Assembly: GCF_036588685.1 (NCBI RefSeq) | Contig: NC_086376.1 | Location: forward strand, 79,959,630 to 80,023,629 | DNA length: 64,000 nt | Reading direction: 5' to 3' | Source of the DNA: Mytilus trossulus | Lineage: Eukaryota | In this document: positions 50,677 to 63,072 of the stretch, piece by piece | Layout: every line of letters begins with the position of its first letter | How positions within the stretch are numbered: position 1 is the first letter of the stretch | Position numbers and translations under genes: made by a program | Notes under the pieces: generated by a model | Seen by the model: only the letters and a program-made list of their open reading frames with translations | Told to the model about the DNA's origin: nothing | Database searches by the model: none

Positions 50677-52583
50677 GGTACATATAAAAGAGTGGTAAAC
50701 AGCAGCAATTTAATTAAGATATAGAACTCTAATTAAGTTATCGCTGAGCTCATATATACAAGCACGCAAAATAATGGAAATACTCACAACTTTTAATCAG
50801 ATTAAAATAACATAGAAAAAGTGCCGCAGCTAGCAGTAGCTGTTATATTCAACTGCCTACTGTTAAGTTGAAAGCCTATTGACACGGTTAGGTTAGAAAG
50901 CTTATTCAATTTTCGTTTTATAATCGAATTCGAACCAAGACACTTCATACTTTGTATATAGACCTATTTTGCAACGAATTTTTCGTCTGTCATTTAATCA
51001 TTATCCTTGACCTCATTGTCATGGTTAAGTGCCTGCTAAATAACGTTGATCGTCATGTGAATGTCTCACTTGTGAGATTTAATGTGCCTTTGGTATCTTT
51101 CACATCTCTTGTATCATGAGTTCTATGATAACTATGACTTGGTAATTAATTTATGGTATCATTGTAATGTCTACAAGGTTCACTAGTCCTCGACCTCATT
51201 TCGTGGAAAGTTGAAGAATGGTCGGTAACATAAATTTGGTTATGGAATGGTAGGGGGCACAGTCATCCACATAACATTAAAAAGAGGACTTGTAAAAATA
51301 GTAGGGTCAACGATTTTTTCCGATTTGGGTTAATTGAATAATACACTGATATATACTTAATAGGATTGAAAAGAGAAAAATAAGCCTCATCGAAATATTG
51401 ACGTCGTCGTTATCAACAGTGGTCACAATTTTCTGAAACTTGGGTCAAAGGTCATAGCTTAAATTTCAAGGAAAACGCAGTCCCCTTCGGATAGCTGACC
51501 GCCCCTTCATATATTTGCATATAGGAAAACAAATTCAAATAATTCAAAGGATTATAACTATAGTTTGTATAATAAGGACTAATTTGATATTTATGTTGCA
51601 AACTATGGCCAGTTAGAGATTAACATTTGTACTTGTAGGATGCCCAATTTTCATTCAGCTAACATAACAGTGATCTGTATCAAAATCCTCAAATACGAAG
51701 TTTTTACATGAGATTCGACACAAGTTGTCATCCCAAAATGTTATGTTTCCTCTTTTTATAGAAGGTGTTAGTAATGATTTTTGGGATCAATATCTATATA
51801 TTTTTTGCTGAGTGTGGAAGCACATGGAATTGTACTGGTGTAGTATTAATGCAGAATGGATTGAATTAACATGCATGTCTAAGTTTTATTTTGTTTAAAA
51901 ACATAAGAATGACTGCATACGTTGAATAAAGAGATGGTTTCAGTAGAATATTAGTCTTAGATGCATGATTTTTCATTAGTTGTTATTGGTTTTGAACTAC
52001 CTGTCGGTAGAGATGTATAAATACCCTTTCATGTTCAGTCTGTGATTTGATAAGTTTTGTTCTGCTTGATAAATATCTGATGAGTAAACCCCTTTCAATG
52101 ATTTGTTCTTCTATTGTACTATTACATAGCTGTCCCATGTAAAGGGAAGCGTTTGGTGCCAGCAAATCCGCCACATTCTGTATCCCCCTGTCCCAAGTAG
52201 AGACCGTAATTAGGTGGTTGTCCTTTGTTACTATAAATCATATTTGTTCTTCGTCCTTTGTTTTGTACACCAATCAGGCTGTTAGTTTTTTTAGTTTGAA
52301 ATGTTTTACATTTTTCTTTTCGTGACCTTTATATCTTACATATTGGTATGGTTTGGTTCATTGTTAAAGGCCGTACGATTACCTGTAGTTGTTAATTTTT
52401 GTGTCATATTGATTTTTTGGAGAGTCGTCCCATTAGTCATACCACATCTTTTTATTTTCACAGATGAAATAATAAAAAAAACCTAACCGTTCATGAGACA
52501 GAAACCAACAAAAGGACAAGAAGCAGATATTAGAATATGCAGGCAGAAAACTGAACTTTAAAAACGGGAAGATATGGAAGGTT

Positions 52584-52725
52584 CAGTGGTGGATCCAGAG
52601 GTGGTTCCGGGGGTTGAAACCCCCTTTTTTGATGATTTATGCATTTGAATGGGGAAATAAAGTTGAACATTCCCCCTCAATCCTGGATTAGGAAACCCCT
52701 CCTTTTAAAAATAGCTGGATCCGCA
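52584..52725. mobile_element. Short MITE with CAGTGGCGGATCC-type ends
   Basis: cagtggtggatccag ... ctggatccgc; a truncated relative lies at 44166-44235. Confidence 0.55.
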
Positions 52726-53128
52726 ATTTAAGTACATAACAAAAATTGCATGTATATTTTTCCATTTATTTGTTTATTAAGAACAAAATAATAAGTAACA
52801 AATATATGAATGAAAATTTCATTCTTTTATTCCACCCACTTCAACGAAAGTACATTATAATTATATGTGCCTGTCTCAGATCATTTGCACACTTGCTATA
52901 TCCAACAATGCAAATTCTGATACTCTCTCTTTTGTGTCATCTTCTTCCATGTAAATGCATGCTTTGGTATGTCATGTGACATATCGACATTGCTGCATAA
53001 TAGTCTTTTCTTTGGAGAGCTTAAAACGGCCTTGCTTGTTATTAAGGACACTGGTACCCGTCATTGCAGGTGCTGGCTATGGCTATCCTCTTCACTTAGT
53101 TTAAGTGTTTTATGACAAACTTCATTGT

Positions 53129-56100
53129 TCACATTACATTACATCCACGTCTTTTCTTGTGACGATCTCCCCTAAATAAGCTACACTCAATCATTGGCGA
53201 ATTTGTGTCGCTTGATGTCAAAGTCGAAGGAGGGACTGAAAAAAAAAGATATTGAATACATTAGAGAAGTTTGATATACTGACCCCTCTATGTGGATTTG
53301 TAAATGGTGGTGATGTAAACACTGACCTATGTTCAAAATTCCAGAAGTCGATTTCACAAAACAACTTACGACTTAGATTAATCGTAAGTATGCTGATTTG
53401 TTCATGACTTAAGACCAATCTTAGTCGTAAGTTTTTTTTGTGAATTTATATATACACTCTTCCTCCCTTATAAGAGAATGTATTAGATGTCGTAATTTTT
53501 TGTATAATTAAATACAAACATTAAAACAATGAAGGGAAAAGTTGAAACTGACCATGTAAATATTTCTATCATTGATATGATTAGATGTTTTTTTGAGAAA
53601 AAAATTCTTACTTTGTGTTGGATTGTTGTATTGTTTCCATTTGTCAGTTTCAGAGTTGTAACTATACTGTGGTGTTTTAGTATGGTCCTTTTTAAAGTTC
53701 CACCAATCAAATTTGTATTTTTTCTGAAAAATACAAAAAAGTAAACATTTCTTTTCAAGCAGATTGACATTACTTCGCCTTCTGTTTCAAAGAGATTGCC
53801 AAAACGCAGCGGTACTTCGCCGACTATTTAGAACAGATTGTCATTATGCAGCAGAACTCGCCGACTGTTCCAAAAATTCTGTCAACAAAATTTGAATTAT
53901 TTATTCAAAATCAAAATATGCTGACACGACACTTTTTCAGTTACCAACGAGTTACAAAATTTGCTACTAGTTTATATTAAATAAAAACATTAAACATGCT
54001 CAGTGGATGAATGAACGCATTCTCTTTTTCACCCGCTTTTCCCGATTTTCCAATTTCCAGTTTCAGTGTTACATCCATCCCTGATTAAAAAAAGATTTAC
54101 CAAGTAACTGGGAGTGCCCTTCGTTTTTCTTTCTTCTGATGGTTTCGTATTTTCCAGTTGTTTCATGAGGTCTTTGGTTTCTTCTGTTAGTTTACCTTCT
54201 AGTTTTAATTCTTCAGTGAATGCTTCCAACTGTTCCTGGTTCGACTCCTTGTAACACACTATAAAGGAGAGATAACCCATACAAAATACCCGTTGAAGTA
54301 TTTCGACGTTTGTCATTCTAAGGGGGCTAACATTTGTATTCTGGTTGGGGTAGTAGGATTCTTTTGGGATTGTCTTTTTATTTTCATTTATTGCTCCGCA
54401 TGCTAATTATTTTCTGCATTTTGTGTTTTTGTCAAATATGATTCAATGATTTACATATTTAAAAGCACAAATAATTTAAATGATTATATACTTTTAATAT
54501 ATATATATAATATATATATATAAACAAATGCACAGTCAGACCAGAGCCCCGTTCAATACTACTGCCATACAACATATTCCCCTGTCCTAGAATACATATG
54601 CATGTTAGTACTCGTTCATAAAGGCTTTTATAGCTACTAGTGAAAAACTCAGTTCAGTTGTTTAAATATTTTGATACGAATCAAATATCATTGTAATGTA
54701 TAATAATTTTAAAGTTATATACCTCCCAAAAACATTTCTGTAATTAAACTGAAATTGGCTAATCTAAGAAGACATCCACCGGTACGGTCTGCTAATTCTT
54801 CATAAAACTTCTCGGCATTTCCTTCTGCACTATTGCAAAATACACCATAAACCTAGGGAGATATGCATAATAGGTATTAAAGTATATTTATTTGTTCAGC
54901 TTTTTCAGTCGCTTAATCAGTCTTTTACTAGAAAAAAGAAGACATGTTTTCAGGAAAAATCTACTTGAATACTATTTTTCTGGCTCTTCAATCAGTCAAT
55001 TTTAATTGCTATTTGATAATTTTTCTTTCGGTCATCTTTATCTCAAGAAATAAGTAAAACTTCACATTTTAGCTCATTTGGCGGAATGCCATTTTGAGCT
55101 TTTACTATTACTTCATGTACGTCTCAGAAACGTATGAACCAGTCAAACAAAACTTCTCAATCTAATTAAGATATTGGACTCTGATTTTGTTATGATGTAG
55201 TATAACGAAATCAGAGATCAATATTTTTAATTAGATTGAAAAATTCTTATCCTTATAGTATCAGGATTCGATTTCGTAAATTTTATACCGGTACATCAAA
55301 ATACGATGCTGACTATATTAATGATAAAACATTAAGGGAAAATACATGTAAGTCTTTTGTATATTAAAAAACACAATATGTACAGGATCAGTTTAAAGTC
55401 CTTTTTTTTTTATAGAAGAAGTTTCACTGTTCACTGACATCGGCAACCTCTGCAACCGGTCGTGTTGCATCTCGTTATCATCGTCATTCCAGTAACCAGT
55501 CATCCAGTTTCATATTAGACAAGAGCAGAGTATCTTATTATCGTACCTTAACCCCCATCCCTTTTAAGACGTCTAGTTCTGTGTGCCAGTTGATGTTCTG
55601 ATCTGTATAAGATGGTGGATGTGGCTCATGGTCTCCGATTACAACCAAAGCTTTGGCCGAATCTTCTGACCAGTCCAGTTGTTGAGCTTTATGTAATGCC
55701 CACTCATAACACTGAAAAAGAAAATACAATGAACTTGATTTATTGGCCTAAATATTAATTCATCTTAAATGCTTGGTTAAACATTGTAAATTGGTGTTTG
55801 TTTATGTTGGTTTTTTTTCTTTTTCGGGAGGGGTGTTATGGCAAGTGTGGAATTTTCGTTGGTAAGGTCTCCAAAGTTTTTGTTTTCTTAAGACTTTAAG
55901 GCCCCAAAATGTTTAAATGAGTTTGCGATTGGGACAATACATAAAATATGCAAGTTTTAAAAAAAAATGATCAAGAGTTGCAACCAACTCGCATGTGTGA
56001 TCAATTATAGATATTTTGCAAAGACAAACTGTTAGTTGGCATCACATACTTGACCTTAGTCTTTGTTAGATAACTTTCTTCTCATACTTGTCCTTAGTCT

Positions 56101-59100
56101 TTGTTAGATAGATGTCTCATCAGCAATCGTACAACCTCTGATTTATTCTTCATGTTCTTACATGTTATCATAATTGTGTGAAATAATCTCGAGGTTACTT
56201 TTAATTTGATTTAAACATTCAAAGCGAGATAACTCGTTTTTAAAACCATTTAAGTACCTCTGGAGCATCGCCTCCACTAGTTGATGACGTACTAGAAGCA
56301 AAATCTACCAGCTGTTGAACGTCTGATGTCAGGTCCTGAATCTTGATGACGTAGTTTTCATAATCAAAATAATCACCGTGAGCCATAATTCCAATTTTTA
56401 TATTTGGTATGTCTCTTAAAAGTTTTTGACAAGTTTCTTTTAATTTTTTCCTCACCTACAACCCAAACATTTTATGAATTACAAAGAGAAAAGAAACAAT
56501 TTAAAAAAAAAAAAACACGAATTTATTTTATTTGGAGAGAGGTAAAAAAAAAAATTGGTCAAGAAAATGCTCAATTCTGTATTTTTTTTTTATAAATATG
56601 AAAATTGAAATTGAAATATCTGGCACAGAAATTTTTGACTCTTCAACGCAAAGCAACAATAAATAGAAAAAAATGTAGTCTGCAGAAATGCCATCGTTTT
56701 CTTACTTTCTCAAGATATGGACTCATACTACCAGTTGTGTCAAAGGAGAACACGACTTCTACATTCTTTCCATTCGTCTCGAAACTTGAGAGAACGGCAT
56801 CTTTCAAATCATCATCAATAGCTGTGTGATCTGTATATTTGATTTGAAAAAAAATATTCATAGAATAAATTAAAAGGGAAACGGGAATTTTGCTTCAAAC
56901 GTTCAGAGTTATTTTGAAACGCTGTTTTAAAAAATCATACACCAACCAACAGCACTTTACAAATAATGTATTGTCTCTTTTTTCTTATTAAAATTGTTTG
57001 TAATGTTTTTTTAATCATATTGGTAACTGCTATGGACAGGTTTTACCTGGATTATAATTTTGAGATGTTCTAGATTTGTAAAGGGATATGAACTGCAATA
57101 ATCCCAACATACTGTTTCTGTACCAAGTTTGGTTTTCTAAAGTTTACTTTCATCATGTTTTATTTACTCAAAGTAAAATGAATTGAATGCAAGTAAACCA
57201 TTTAATAATAAATAATGTCCGCTCCAGATTACAATATGATAAACAAAACAATGTAAATATCAGCATGTTATATTTCGAAATGAACAAAACTTTACCAGTC
57301 TAGGCTTTAAGAAGTCGAGTGTTGGTAGTAAGTGTGATCTGTTAAAATGGTCCAACAATTTGTGGTAGTGTTTAATTTTCATACACATCGATCGAATAAT
57401 TAACTTTTTACAGAATTTCATAATTTCATGCACTCTGATATGTCGAGCTCAAATCACCTCGTTTCTCGAAACCTAAAGCACTTGGAACAAGATCTGCTAA
57501 ACCTTCCGAGGCACATGATATCACACAGGGGTGTTTTGATAGGGTTCCTGTTGCAATCTATAGTTCCCTATCTATAGTGTGCCTTGTAAACAGTTGTTTG
57601 TCAGTTGGTCATTTTTCGTTTTATTTTTTCCTGTTTGTCGTTGTAAATAAAACTGAGAATGATAAGGAGGAATATTGTCATAGAGACAACCTAACCAAAG
57701 AGCAGAAAACAGCAGAAGGTCACCAATGGGTCTTCAGCACAGCGAGAAAATCCTGCACCCCGAAGCGTGCTTCAGCTGGCCCTAAACAAAAATGTGTACT
57801 AGTTCATCGATAAAAGTTTGTTTTCGATTGATGAGTTTATATGTCCCTATTATGCTATGTTTCGTTTCTTCTTTGGAAAAGTATGTAATTACAACTATGG
57901 ACAAAGAAAGATAACTCAAATTTTTAAAGATGACTTAACAACGACATCATTGATTACATGATTCCTGCACCTTACAAAGGTGATTTTACTTGACAAAATA
58001 GCACCCTTTTGTAATTTGAATATCTGAGCATATATTTCATTGATTAATTGCTGGAAATGTTCATGGATGGGGTGAATAGAATGTTATGGTCAATGCACTA
58101 TATTTAGTGTATCTCAAAATTAGTAATAAACCTTGGAAGATTTAGATATCAAGGTAGTAACATGGGGTTTTGGTTGTATTTCTGCAATCTTTACCCAAAA
58201 ATAATGATTTATAACATTATGTCACATAACGCTCTCGGTTAGTAAAAGCAAGCTCATAAAACTTTAAAACATGTCGGTCTCCCACCTCTAAAAAAAGCAC
58301 GCACACAGACACACATGTGCAAAACTAAACAAAGCAAAATAACACGGACTTTTTATTCTCGTTTCAGATCACAAGGCTGTAAACCATTCATGCTTTTCCT
58401 GGACTCGACACAAGTTTTGGGGTTTACTTAAACAAAGATTTACAAGAAATCATACCTACCAGTTTCTGTTCTGTCGTAGATAGTCACTTCTATAACACTT
58501 TCCTCTCTAATACTTGTTTCATATAGTGGTGTGTTACATGGACGATAAACAGTGCCGGAGCTTTGGAAGGACTGAAGAGTAAAAATAAATAAATTTGAAA
58601 GTTTAGTAAATTTTAATATTCATAACTTCATGGAATGCTTTTTTTTTAATACAAATTCATTTTAGTACATTGTTGAAAAGGATTCTATCAATGGAAGTCA
58701 ATTAATAATGGCTATATCGATTAGACTTTGTTCATTTTAGATTAAAAAAAAGAAAAAAGAAACTATTTGTAGAAATTATATTTTTTTCTACCCCTCCCCC
58801 TCCCTCCACCCCCCTCCTTTAAATTTTCTTTCATATTCTAGAATTGAAATGACACTTACTTGCACTATTTTTGGAGACACAATCTCTAGACGTTCAACAA
58901 CAGCAGATTTCAAATCCTCTAATGTACTAATGTTCTGTATATCTATAGGAGCTGAACCTCCTCCATCTACTTTAGCATAAACTTTGATATCTCTTGGAAT
59001 TACGAACTGTGAATGACATATTACGCACATATTTGAAAACAAACAAAACGTGTATGCTGTAACATAATCGGTGTGAAGAGCTAGGGCCAATTTTCAAATT

Positions 59101-60250
59101 AAATGTTGCACTCGTAAGGTCAAATATTGAATCATTTAAATCTTTAAAAGTCCGAAATGTAAACTTGAAACCGTTTTCTACTAGTTACGTATATCTGAGA
59201 ATATCTAGCTAGATTAAAACAGATACCAGTCTTACTCCGCGACATCACTATCATCTTCTCTATCTTTTTATTCAGCATTACAGATATTTCTATGCTCTTT
59301 TATGGGCATTATGTTTTTCTGGTCTGTGCGTTCGTTCGTTCGTTCATCTGTCCCGCTTCAGGTTAAAGTTTTTGGTCAAGGTATTTTTTTATGAAGTTGA
59401 AGTCCAATCAACTTGAAGCTTAGTATGTATACATGTTCCTTATGATACGATTTTTCTGATTTTAATACCAAATTAGAGTTTTTAACCCATTTTCACGGTC
59501 CACTAAACATAGAAAATGATACTGCAGATGGGGCATCCGTGTACTGGGGACACATTCTTGTAGATGTATCAACTACTTTTGTTGTAAAACTAGATGAATA
59601 AGAACAAAAACACATTAAATAATTGAATTTGATATTTATGATTTTTTTTAAATACAACACAAATTAAAAAAATCTGAATATCATAGTATGTAATTATTCA
59701 ATACGTTTAAATAAAGCGCCCGTGGAAAAAAAACATTTCACAAAAAGTAAAAACACAAAAATACTGAACTCCGAGGAAAATTCAAAAAGGAAAGTCCAAA
59801 ATCAAAAGGCAAAATCAAAAGTCCATACACATCAAACGAATGGATAACAACTGTTATATTCCTGACTTGGTACAGGCATTTTCTAATGTAGAAAATGGTG
59901 GATTGAACCTGGTTTTGTAGCTAGCTAAACCAGGCTCTCACTTTTATGACAGTCGCATCAAATTCCATTACATAGTCAACGCAAGCGACTGTGGAAAAAA
60001 AAACAAAAAAGAATAAGATATATACCTCTGCTTTCAGTATAGTTTCTGGACGAATTCCGAGAAATCCGATTGCTTTAGATTTATCAAGAAATTTTCCTTG
60101 GTACTTCACTCTTACTCTCCCGGGGATAATTTCTTCTTCTTTTGCAATCTGTTCAATAATTCTTTTTACTTGTTCCGTGGGTAATAATTTCAAAACTGAA
60201 GTACGACCTGTCGGTAATTTCACATAAACATCAATTAACGGAGTCGCCAT
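53129..60250 (-). CDS. Di-ubiquitin-like + VWA (MIDAS) + polybasic CaaX protein, copy 2 (492 aa)
   Basis: Exons 60026-60250, 58860-59006, 58460-58571, 56706-56830, 56258-56455, 55547-55711, 54723-54852, 54101-54258, 53612-53723, 53129-53235; 1479 nt, phases consistent. VVFSFDTTGSM, GGDAPECYEWAL, LVVIGD; C-terminus RHKKRRGCNVM*. Confidence 0.9.
53353..53444. mobile_element. Mini fold-back element in intron 9 of copy 2
   Basis: ttcacaaaacaacttacgacttagatt / aatcttagtcgtaagttttttttgtgaa; not present in the homologous intron of copy 1. Confidence 0.7.
55157..55239. repeat. 83-bp hairpin
   Basis: tcaatctaattaagatattggactctgattttgttat / ataacgaaatcagagatcaatatttttaattagattga. Confidence 0.75.
59290..59562 (+). 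mobile_element. Family E element in intron 1 of copy 2
   Basis: tttatgggcattatg...(gttc)n...ggggcatccgtgtactggggacacattcttg. Confidence 0.65.
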
Positions 60251-61690
60251 TTTTTTCAATAATATTGTTAAACCGTGTTATGATTATATATATGTTTATA
60301 CATTATGTATAGCGACTGAAAGGTTAATTCTATATTTATTGACCTATGAAATATCTTACATTTAAATCATTGAATATCGTGTTCTATTTTTAGACTAGAC
60401 GGTATATACCGGGTACGAAAATCAATCAGTAGGACAGACAAATGTACGATTGTGTTGAGAAAACCATTTTATTACAGAACACCTTGAAAAAAAGAGATAG
60501 AATACGTGTCATTAATGATTGAAACAAAGACAATTATCTAATTAAAAAATTTCCATGTCCATTAATCCGGCCTTTTTTGGTATTCAGAGGCGATTTTCGT
60601 TCGAGGTCTGTCAATATTGGACAACTCTAAGGGTGGCCACTTCAAAATCGCTTCGGACTTGAATTCCCAAAAGAGATTAGGGGTACATTGTTCCAAGGGA
60701 CTAGTTGTCAAAAGAAAATATAACCATGCAATTATATATATATCACTATGTCCGTCTCGAACTGTAATTCTTGTAATAGTGGTCGCTGGTTTGTCATCAA
60801 CCTAGGCAAACAATCAAACAACTTGAGATGTCGTGTACGCTGCTGTGAATAACGGACAAGATTCACTTATGGCTCAAATGATGGCATAAAATATCAACTT
60901 TAACATAAATCACCAAAAGATCACAATTTGGTTTGTAAATGGGTATATTTCAAAAGTTTTTTTAAAGTTAAATAAATCAGTTCTTTTCATAAAAGTACAA
61001 AATATAAGCTCATTTTGCAAATTTTGTCAGAATAAGATGATTTTGTTCAATTTTCAGACCTTTTAACGCTTTAGAAAAGGCTTGGCCTCCCCCTACGATC
61101 CAAAATGTGTTGTTACAAAAGATTCCAACTTTGATATAGAATTCATTAACATAAAAATTTTTGGATCGTGGATGGCGGGATTATGGATTATCTAATTTTT
61201 TTTTACCAAAATTGACCTTATTAAAATACGAATAATGTTTATCTAAGGGGTCATATCTTCATAAATTTTATTTAAGGAAGGTTAAAAAAAATGTTTGTGT
61301 CTTAATTAAGAGTATTGAATTTGTCACAAGTATTAATATGTGAAATTTGTAATTTTTTGGCCCGATTTAAAAAACCATCAAACATTTGAGGCCAATCTTA
61401 TATAATAAGTTAATAACCCTTCGTGAACCTTCTCCTGTTACAGCATCAACCAATAACAAAACCGCATTTTCAAACAGTCAGAAACTGTGACAAAAGACGA
61501 CCACGGGTATATACGAGAGCTACCGTCGGGAAAGACGGGAGTTCAGACAAATGTATGTGTATATATATTATAATTCCAATCGGTTCATAAGAAACATAGC
61601 TTAGTTTTTTCTTGGAAAATGATCACTTTCTATAAACAAGAAATCCATATATATATATATATATATATTAATAACAATGTGAACAAATAA

Positions 61691-62096
61691 ACTTATTCAA
61701 TTATATCATACCCTTTGAGCTAAAAGCTGTTGAAAAGAACACAATGATTCATTGTGAATGATTGATGAATCATTATATGGAAGTAGTCTCAGTTTAGACA
61801 CATAGAATGTCAATCAATGATTAAACTGAGTGATTAAGTTAATTCTATTGTCTTGTCTTTAATCCCCAGCATTACCACCAACAAATATTCGTAATGCATC
61901 AGCAGCTAACGTAATTTTCGAATTGTAAGAACTTGACCAGAGTTCATAAGTTGAGAGATTGAAGGCCCAAAAACCTATACCAGGATATACTTTAACATGA
62001 AAAACTTCCATATATAATGATTCATCAATCACAATGAATCATGGTGTTCTTTTCAACAGCTTTTAGCTCAGAAGATAAGATATAATTGAATAAGTA
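61691..62096. repeat. Inverted repeat pair of about 92 bp
   Basis: acttattcaattatatc...gagctaaaagctgttgaaaagaacac...tcattatatggaagt (61691-61784) is the near reverse complement of 62004-62096. Confidence 0.85.
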
Positions 62097-62136
62097 TATG
62101 TGTTATAGTAGTCTCAGTTGATCCACTTTCTCTGAG

Positions 62137-62716
62137 ACATTCTATGTGTATACAAAATTAAGTCAAAATTTAGTCATTGATTCACATTCTCCGATACATT
62201 CTATGTGTATACAAAATTTAGTCATTGATTCACATTCTATGTGAATCAATTATACAAAATTTAGTCATTGATTCACATTCTATGTGTATACAAAATTTAG
62301 TCATTGATTCACATTCTATGTGTATACAAAATTTAGTCATTGATTCACATCCTACAAAATTTAGTCATTGATTCACATTCTACAAAATTTAGTCATTGAT
62401 TCACATTCTACAAAATTTAGTCATTGATTCACATTCTACAAAATTTAGTCATTGATTCACATTCTACAAAATTTAGTCATTGATTCACATTCTATGTGTA
62501 GAAATCTATAGTACAAAATTAATTAAGTCATTGATTCACATTCTATATGTATACAAAATTTAGTCAAAATTTAGTCATAGACATAGATTCACATTCTATG
62601 TGTATACAAAATTTATTCATTGATTCACATTCTACAAAATTTAGTCATTGGTTCACATTTTATGTGTATAATACATACAAAATTTAGTATTTTTTCTATG
62701 TGTCTACAAAATTTAG
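62137..62716. repeat. Tandem satellite with 36-bp and 28-bp unit variants
   Basis: tacaaaatttagtcattgattcacattctatgtgta (36 bp) and caaaatttagtcattgattcacattcta (28 bp), roughly 15 units. Confidence 0.92.
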
Positions 62717-62927
62717 CCTCAATGATGTTTACGAAGGGAAAGACAATAAGTACAACAGTCCACACACAACTAATGACTTATTTTACATACTTTTGTCAAA
62801 ATCTTATTATTTATGGGAATTGTAGTTTTAGCAATTAGTTTTAGAATTGTTGGTCTTTGTTTTCAAATGTGTATAGTAAGTCCACATTGGCACAATACTT
62901 TTAAGGATAGATAAAATCACAGTTTAA

Positions 62928-63072
62928 ACTTCGCGGGAACAAAAGTTGTCGATCTTATTTCTTGCGCATGCGAAGTAATGATATAAACTTCCGGTTTTAC
63001 TTTGTCACGATAAAATCTGGAAATCGTTTATTTTGGTAAATTATGAAGTAAACAATCACAGAATAGGTAAGA
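62928..63072 (+). promoter_or_regulatory. Candidate housekeeping-type promoter and non-coding first exon of a downstream gene
   Basis: ttcgcgggaa (E2F-like), tgcgcatgcgaa at 62963 (NRF1-like), aacttccggtt at 62986 (ETS-like), strong donor ag|gtaaga at 63067. Confidence 0.4.

Noticed and set aside
53163-53175. RGD tripeptide in the copy 2 tail
   Set aside because: Predicted cytoplasmic protein, and the motif is absent from copy 1; likely chance.
38986-60250. Two Ubl-VWA copies as an uncollapsed-haplotype artefact
   Set aside because: Introns, inserted elements and last exons differ too much for alleles, and both frames are independently preserved; long reads would settle it.
62137-62716. CRISPR-like regular repeats of 28-36 bp
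   Set aside because: Units abut directly with no unique spacers, there are no cas genes, and the context is eukaryotic; it is a satellite.
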